Assembly (NCBI GenBank): GCA_949474265.1
Contig: CASXBC010000002.1
Location: 48,926-112,925, forward strand
Origin: an uncultured bacterium
Lineage (GTDB): Bacteria; Bacillota; Clostridia; Christensenellales; UBA1242
Direction: 5' to 3'
DNA length: 64,000 bases
Below, one piece after another: positions 58,295-64,000 of this stretch. The notes beneath the pieces were generated by a model that worked only from the letters and a program-made list of their open reading frames with translations, was not told the DNA's origin and did not search any database. Position 1 is the first letter of the stretch. Every line of letters starts with the position of its first letter. The translations under genes were made by a program, and so were the position numbers.

Positions 58295-58789
58295 ATGGAA
58301 ATAAGAATTGCAAAAATTGAAGAAATTGAAAAGTGGTGGGATAAAAAGATAAAGACAGTTCCAAAGGATTTGTCTTATAAGAAATGGAAAGAAAACTTTG
58401 TTTCTGGAAATAAAAATGGAGAAAGAAAAACTTTTTTTGCTTTTGACAATGGGAAATATATTGGACAAGGCACACTGCTTTTAAAGAGCAACAACTCTGT
58501 TTTGACAGGAAATGGAAAGGCTGAAATTCTGAAGCTTGAAATTTTGCCAAAATATAGAGGTAAAGGCATTGCAACTAAAATTTTTGAAAAAATGCAGGCT
58601 TACGCAAAAGCGAATAAGATAAAAACATTAACTATAGGAGTTGAGCCTTGTGAGATAAGAAATATGCAAATCTATTTTCATTGGGGATTTACAAACTTTT
58701 TGCAATGTATAGTTGAAGAATACCCTCCGAAAGCGGAAGGTGAAAAGGGAGAAATTATCACAGTTTTGTGTTATTCTAAAAACATTTAA
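58295..58789 (+). CDS. GNAT-family N-acetyltransferase
   Basis: Acetyl-CoA loop YRGKGIATKIFEKM. Confidence 0.75.
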   Translation: MEIRIAKIEEIEKWWDKKIKTVPKDLSYKKWKENFVSGNKNGERKTFFAFDNGKYIGQGTLLLKSNNSVLTGNGKAEILKLEILPKYRGKGIATKIFEKMQAYAKANKIKTLTIGVEPCEIRNMQIYFHWGFTNFLQCIVEEYPPKAEGEKGEIITVLCYSKNI

Positions 58790-58798
58790 AGAAAAATT

Positions 58799-59446
58799 AT
58801 GACAAAAGATGAATTGATTAAAGAGTTTGACTTGCTTCAAGAAAAATTTGGAAGCAAGACTCGAAATGCAGTTTATGGTGGTGGTTGTGAGAATAAGCCG
58901 GATTTATGTTTGGTTTTTATCAATCCGACTGCAAAAAATGTTGCAACGAGCAAGACATGGAAGGGAATTAGAAGACAGTGGCTTGGAACTAAGTTAATTT
59001 GGGATTTTTTGACAAAAGCAAAATTGTTTGACGATAGATTAAATAAAGAAATCCAAAGCATAAAAGCAAGTGAGTGGACAGAGCAGTTTTGTGAGAAAGT
59101 GTATGAAGAGGTTGAAAAGAGAAAACTTTATATCACCAATCTTGCAAAATGCACGCAAGATGATGCAAGAGAATTGCCAAATGCCGTCTTTGAAGCTTAT
59201 AGAGATTTGTTTTTGGAAGAGATGAAGATTGTCAAGCCTAAGGCTATTGTTCTTTTTGGAAATCAAGTTTCAAGTATTGTTTTGGAAAAGAAGATAAGTG
59301 TAAGCAAAGAGAGGAGAGTTGCCCATGTGCTAAACATAGGTGGAGAAAATTATATATGTTATTCGCTCTTCTATCCTGTTGGCAACGGAAGATTTAATAT
59401 GCCTAAGGCAATTGAAGATTTGTTGTATTTGCAACAACAAAAATAA
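58799..59446 (+). CDS. Uracil-DNA glycosylase-superfamily protein (divergent)
   Basis: 215 aa. LVFINPTAKN and a later NLAKC resemble UDG-fold motifs. Assignment tentative. Confidence 0.5.
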   Translation: MTKDELIKEFDLLQEKFGSKTRNAVYGGGCENKPDLCLVFINPTAKNVATSKTWKGIRRQWLGTKLIWDFLTKAKLFDDRLNKEIQSIKASEWTEQFCEKVYEEVEKRKLYITNLAKCTQDDARELPNAVFEAYRDLFLEEMKIVKPKAIVLFGNQVSSIVLEKKISVSKERRVAHVLNIGGENYICYSLFYPVGNGRFNMPKAIEDLLYLQQQK

Positions 59447-59461
59447 TTTTGGAGAGGTTTT

Positions 59462-59728
59462 ATGATTCATTCTTGTGCAGGTGGAGTGGTAAGAGAAAAA
59501 AGACATTTCGACTTTGCTAAAGTTGAAATTTTGTCTTGTGGGCAGATTTGCTGGTATATTTGCAATATTCCTTTACTTGAAGAAGGAGATGTTGTTATTG
59601 TTTCTTTTGGAAGAGATAATAAGAGAGAAAAAGCAAAAGTTTTGCGTATTGATAGAAATGTCTCTGAGCAAGTTTCTCCAATTTCGGTAAAAATTGCTAA
59701 AGAGATATTGGAGGTTTGTTATGAGTGA
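59462..59728 (+). CDS. Hypothetical 88-aa protein
   Basis: RBS GGAGAGG. Overlaps the galE start by 8 nt. Confidence 0.5.
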   Translation: MIHSCAGGVVREKRHFDFAKVEILSCGQICWYICNIPLLEEGDVVIVSFGRDNKREKAKVLRIDRNVSEQVSPISVKIAKEILEVCYE

Positions 59729-60728
59729 AATTTTGGTGACAGGTGGAGCTGGCTATATAGGAACTAATGTTGTCAATGCTTTGGCATTACGTGGCGAAAA
59801 AGTTGTGGTTGTGGATGATTTTTCAAACTGTAAACAAAAATATATTGATAAACTTAAAAATCTTTACAAAGGGCAAGTTGAGTGTTTTTCTTTTAGTTTT
59901 GGTGACAGAGAAAAACTTGAAAGCCTTTTTAAAACACACAATTTTTCAGCAGTCATTCATCTTGCTGGCAAGAAGTATGTTCAAGAAAGCAATGAAAAGC
60001 AAGAGCTTTACAAGCTGGTTAATGTAGACATGACACAGACCTTGCTTGATGTTATGAAAGAGTTTTCGGTGAAGAAGATTGTTTTTTCTTCAACTGCAAT
60101 GGTTTATGGAAATGTTATGCCTTGCCCAATTTCAGAACTGAGAGAACTTAGTCCTGTGTCCTATTATGCAACTACCAAACTTATGGCAGAGAAACTTATT
60201 GCTGACTTTGTCAAAACCTCAAAAGGACAAGGTGTAATTCTTAGGCTTTCAAACCCAATTGGTGCAGATGACAAGTTGATGCTTGGAGATGACAATTTGG
60301 CAAAAGCGAAGCCTATTTTGCCTTATCTTTTGGATGCCGCCAAGAATGGCAATAAAGTCGTGCTTAATGGCAATGACTACAACACCAAAGACGGCACACC
60401 TGTGAGAGATTATGTGCATGTTTGTGATGTCGCAGAGGCGTTTTGCTTGGCAGTAGAAAAAGATGTTGAAGACCTTGAAATCTACAACATTGGCTCTGGA
60501 AATGAAGGGCAATCAGTTTTGCAAATTTTGCAAGAAGTTGAAAAAGTTGTTGGAAAGTCAGTTGACCATTCGTTTGGCGAAAGAAGAGAAGGAGATGTGG
60601 AAATTTTTGTTTCAGACAACTCAAAGGCAAAAAATGATTTAGGCTTAAAAATTTCAAGAGATTTAAATGACATGGTTTTGTCACAATACAAATTTTTGGA
60701 AGAGACTCAGAAAAAGTCGACAAAATAA
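59721..60728 (+). CDS. galE: UDP-glucose 4-epimerase / NAD-dependent epimerase
   Basis: ILVTGGAGYIG, YATTKLMAE (YxxxK). About 335 aa. Confidence 0.85.
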   Translation: MSEILVTGGAGYIGTNVVNALALRGEKVVVVDDFSNCKQKYIDKLKNLYKGQVECFSFSFGDREKLESLFKTHNFSAVIHLAGKKYVQESNEKQELYKLVNVDMTQTLLDVMKEFSVKKIVFSSTAMVYGNVMPCPISELRELSPVSYYATTKLMAEKLIADFVKTSKGQGVILRLSNPIGADDKLMLGDDNLAKAKPILPYLLDAAKNGNKVVLNGNDYNTKDGTPVRDYVHVCDVAEAFCLAVEKDVEDLEIYNIGSGNEGQSVLQILQEVEKVVGKSVDHSFGERREGDVEIFVSDNSKAKNDLGLKISRDLNDMVLSQYKFLEETQKKSTK

Positions 60729-60797
60729 AAGAAATCGTTTTGATTTCTTTTTTCTTTGCAAATGGCAAGAAATATGATATTCTTTATATTATAAGAC

Positions 60798-62912
60798 ATG
60801 AAAGAACAAACGAAGAAAATAGTACATTTTAGACCGCTTTTTTATTCTTTTTTAATTTTGACACTTGCAATTTCTTGTGCCAAGTTTATTTTTGATGGCA
60901 AACTTTCTTATATACTTTTGGTGGTAGGAATCTTTGCAAGTTTGCTTCTTTTTTGTATACTTCAAAAGAAATTTATTTATTTTATTGTACTGTTTGCTGT
61001 TTTTGGTTTTGGTATAGGTTGGTATTTCTTAGGAATGTCAACATTTGTAGGAAAAGAGTATTCTGGAGTCTGCCAAATTACAGGCAGAGTCAGTGACGAT
61101 TTAAGTTATTCGGAGTATGAAGACTCGTTTACGGTTGTTCTTAAATCAGCAAAGATTAACAACAAAAAAGATAAAAATATTTTGTTAACAGTAAATTTTG
61201 AAAGTGCGGAAGACATAAAAATTGGGGATGTTATTTCTTTTTCTGCCAAGCTTGAAAATATAAAGCCCTTTAAACTTGGACAGTTTCAAAGTTTTTATTA
61301 CAGAGACAATGTCGCTTATACGGCGGAAATTGAATCTTCTCAAGTTAGCATTTTGAAAAACAAAATGACTTTGGATGAGAGAATTAGGCAAAAGGCACGA
61401 AAAAGTTTTTCCAAAATGAAATATGGCGGTGTGGCTTATGCTGTCATTTTTGGCGACAAGGTAGATTTACCAAAAGCAGAAAAAAATGCTTTTATAAATG
61501 CTGGTGTCGTACATTTGCTGACTGTTTCAGGGCTTCATATAAGTTTCCTAATTGGCTTATTAAGTTTTCTGTTGAAAAAATGTAGGGCTAGGGGTTGGCT
61601 TAATCTTTTAATTTGCACTATATTTGTTTTGTTCTACGCATTTTTGTGTGGCTTCTCTCCGTCTGTTACGAGAGCTTGTGTCATGGGGTTGGTGCTTTCA
61701 TTGGCATCAGCCTTTGGAAAGAGATATGACAGCTTGAGTGCAATGGGACTTGCTGGTATTTTGATACTTTTAGTTAGACCTTTGTTTGCTCTTGACTTAG
61801 GATTCTTGATGAGTTTCTTTTGTGTGATGTCAATTTTTATGCTTTATCCTGTTTTCAAAAGGCTTTTTGATAAAGTTTTCCCAAGTAAAGTGTCTGCAAC
61901 AATTGCCTTGACATTAGCTGCACAAATTGGCTCTTTCCCTTTTATCCTGCAAATAAACGAAAAGACAAATCTTCTTTCTGTCTTTGCCAATATGATTATT
62001 GTGCCAATCTTTTCAGTGGTTTACCCGTTACTTTTTGTTTCAACATTGCTCGTGTTGATTTTGCCATTTATGTCATTTCTGTTTAAAGTGATTGACTATG
62101 GTTTTGTTTGCGTATACAAGCTTGCAGAGTTTTTTGGTCAGACTCATGTGTTTGGAAGCTTTGACCAGCCAAATGCTTTTACTATTGCTATTTGTTTTAT
62201 AGCGGTTTTTTCTTTGAGCCTGTTTGTCATGGTTGATAAGAAAACCAAGATATTATTGTGTTGCGGTTTGCTTTGTCTGGCATCTGTATCAATTGTTTTG
62301 CCGGACTTTTGGAAAAAAGCAGAGCCAGGCATAAGCGTTTGCTATGAATATTCAAACAGTGTTATTTTGTTGACTAATAACTCACAAGAAAGTGTTATAA
62401 TAGATATAGGAAGTTCGAGTTTTACTAAAAGACTCTTGAAAATTCAAAACGTTGAGAAAGTCTCTGCCGTTTTTGTTTTGCAATCCTCAAGGGTGAAGGT
62501 GGATGCCCTGCGTGATGTTGGATGCCAAAAACTCATTCGTACCGGAAACGGCGAGGGTTATGCTGAGGAAAATTTAGTTGAGCTGGACACTTTTGGCAAG
62601 GTTGGAAATTTTGTTTTTAGGTATCGTTCCGACCAGAATAAAATGGTTGGTTTGGAAATAATTTTTGATGATATAAAGATTTTTATAACTCGGGATAGGT
62701 ATACAACAGTGAAAAATTTTGAAGTCATTGGTAAAGATAATTATGATTTTGTGCTGTTAGGCAAAAATCCGGATTTTGATTCCGTGTTTGAAAAAACTGA
62801 TAAAATTGCGGGTTTTTATCACAAAACGGGTGTTTTTTCGAATTTTGAGAAAAATGGAAATATGCAATTTTTACTTAAAAACAAAAACTTTGTAGGGAGG
62901 TGTTTAGATTGA
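60798..62912 (+). CDS. comEC: ComEC/Rec2 DNA internalisation channel family protein
   Basis: 704 aa. Polytopic competence domain (GVVHLLTVSGLHISFL). Followed by holA, as in Bacillus. No HxHxDH motif seen in the C-terminal region. Confidence 0.85.
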   Translation: MKEQTKKIVHFRPLFYSFLILTLAISCAKFIFDGKLSYILLVVGIFASLLLFCILQKKFIYFIVLFAVFGFGIGWYFLGMSTFVGKEYSGVCQITGRVSDDLSYSEYEDSFTVVLKSAKINNKKDKNILLTVNFESAEDIKIGDVISFSAKLENIKPFKLGQFQSFYYRDNVAYTAEIESSQVSILKNKMTLDERIRQKARKSFSKMKYGGVAYAVIFGDKVDLPKAEKNAFINAGVVHLLTVSGLHISFLIGLLSFLLKKCRARGWLNLLICTIFVLFYAFLCGFSPSVTRACVMGLVLSLASAFGKRYDSLSAMGLAGILILLVRPLFALDLGFLMSFFCVMSIFMLYPVFKRLFDKVFPSKVSATIALTLAAQIGSFPFILQINEKTNLLSVFANMIIVPIFSVVYPLLFVSTLLVLILPFMSFLFKVIDYGFVCVYKLAEFFGQTHVFGSFDQPNAFTIAICFIAVFSLSLFVMVDKKTKILLCCGLLCLASVSIVLPDFWKKAEPGISVCYEYSNSVILLTNNSQESVIIDIGSSSFTKRLLKIQNVEKVSAVFVLQSSRVKVDALRDVGCQKLIRTGNGEGYAEENLVELDTFGKVGNFVFRYRSDQNKMVGLEIIFDDIKIFITRDRYTTVKNFEVIGKDNYDFVLLGKNPDFDSVFEKTDKIAGFYHKTGVFSNFEKNGNMQFLLKNKNFVGRCLD

Positions 62913-63841
62913 AAACATTAAAAGCGAGATTAAATAAAAAAGTAGAAGTATGTTATTTGGTTCAGGGAGAGGATGTCCTTCTTTATGACAAAGCATTGGA
63001 AATGATAAAAAAGGCTGTAAATTTGCAACTTGAAGATTTCAATTTCAATGTTTTTGATGATGATTCTTTCAATGCCGATTTGGTGATGGATACCCTTGAG
63101 ACCATGCCAATGGGCAGTGATAAAAAAGTGGTTTTACTTAAAAATATTACAAATATAAACGAAAATTTTAAGAAAAAGCTTAAAGAATATTTGAAAAACC
63201 CGGTTCAAAGCACATGTTTAATCATTTTTGACTTTTTCAACAAATTTGATTTTTTGATTAGCGAAAAAATTAGTGCAAAAAGATTGGATGATGCCAGCTT
63301 AAAAGAATTGATAAGGGCAGAGTTAAAAAAATACAATAAAGAGATTTCTAATGATGCTTGTCAAAAGCTGATTGAAGCGTGTTGCAGTTATTATTCTTTG
63401 ATAAAAAATGAACTTGAAAAACTTGGCTCTTGTGAAGATATTGACATTTCTGAAAAGTCTGTTGAAGAGTTGGTTTGCAAACAGACTGAATTTACTGTTT
63501 TTGAACTTACAGATGCGTTGTCAAAAAGAGATGCAGATAAGGCTCTTTCATTGTTGAATCTCATGCCAAAAGATACAAAGACGTTCTCTTTGGTTTTAAA
63601 TCATTTTAGAAGATTATTTTTTGTGGCAGTCTCTGAAGGCTCTGATAAGGACTTGTCAGAACTGCTTGATGTCAAAGAATATGCCATTATCAAATCAAAA
63701 AGTTTGGCTAAAAATTTTTCTAAACTTCAGCTCAAAAATATCTATGAAATGATGAGTGATGTCGATTTTTATATAAAAAATGGACAAATGCAAGTAGAAA
63801 ATGCTCTCTACTATTTGGTGTTTGGTATACTTTATTGTTAA
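62909..63841 (+). CDS. holA: DNA polymerase III delta subunit
   Basis: About 310 aa. Conserved comEC-holA synteny. A TTG at 62909 after GGGAGG is the likely start; the track ORF begins at a GTG at 62900. Confidence 0.75.
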   Translation: MKTLKARLNKKVEVCYLVQGEDVLLYDKALEMIKKAVNLQLEDFNFNVFDDDSFNADLVMDTLETMPMGSDKKVVLLKNITNINENFKKKLKEYLKNPVQSTCLIIFDFFNKFDFLISEKISAKRLDDASLKELIRAELKKYNKEISNDACQKLIEACCSYYSLIKNELEKLGSCEDIDISEKSVEELVCKQTEFTVFELTDALSKRDADKALSLLNLMPKDTKTFSLVLNHFRRLFFVAVSEGSDKDLSELLDVKEYAIIKSKSLAKNFSKLQLKNIYEMMSDVDFYIKNGQMQVENALYYLVFGILYC

Positions 63842-63866
63842 ACTAATAAACGATGGGAGAATATAT

Positions 63867-64000
63867 ATGGATATAGAAAAAATAAAACAAGAATACTTAG
63901 AAATATTTTATGATAATATAGATAGAGACGGTGCAGAAGAAATACTTAATTATCTTGAAAAGACAGACTTCTTTACTGCACCAGCTTCTTCAAGATTTCA
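63867..64000 (+). CDS. HD-domain phosphohydrolase-like protein, 3' end outside window
   Basis: MDIEKIKQEYLEIFYDNIDRDGAEEILNYLEKTDFFTAPASSRF. The FFTAPAS motif precedes the HD domain in this family. Confidence 0.45.
   Translation, partial: MDIEKIKQEYLEIFYDNIDRDGAEEILNYLEKTDFFTAPASSRF

Overview
Low-GC, Firmicutes-type (probably Clostridia-like) chromosomal segment. Housekeeping blocks: sufCBDSU, groES-groEL, dnaG-rpoD, comEC-holA, rsmD and galE. A six-gene tRNA array and a separate tRNA-Leu are present. Two accessory islands each carry a roughly 500-aa large serine recombinase at the left end on the minus strand. Island 1 (about 0.69-9.0 kb) is a complete type I R-M system (hsdM-hsdS-hsdR) preceded by an AbrB/SpoVT-type gene. 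It is bracketed by inverted half-sites that, once the island is removed, rebuild a bidirectional terminator between two convergent host genes. Island 2 (28302-41417, 13.1 kb) sits at the 3' end of tRNA-Lys(UUU) between perfect 21-bp direct repeats. It has an ICEBs1/prophage-like XRE-ImmA-integrase module. I see no terminase, portal, capsid, tail, lysin, relaxase or VirB4-like protein in it by eye. Its long rightward operon encodes six consecutive membrane-anchored proteins ending in a membrane-anchored P-loop NTPase, followed by a hairpin-rich intergenic region. I consider island 2 the most likely undescribed system: a non-tailed, possibly filamentous or membrane-containing temperate virus, or a minimal DNA-transfer element. 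Smaller items: an in-frame TAA plus a G9 tract in a C5-methyltransferase-like gene, a frameshifted membrane-protein gene, a G8 tract inside a hydrolase gene, two adjacent lipoproteins sharing a repeated module, and an XRE/DUF4352-like/2-TM trio next to the tRNA array. All functional calls come from motif recognition by eye; no database search was possible. No CRISPR array or rRNA was seen.
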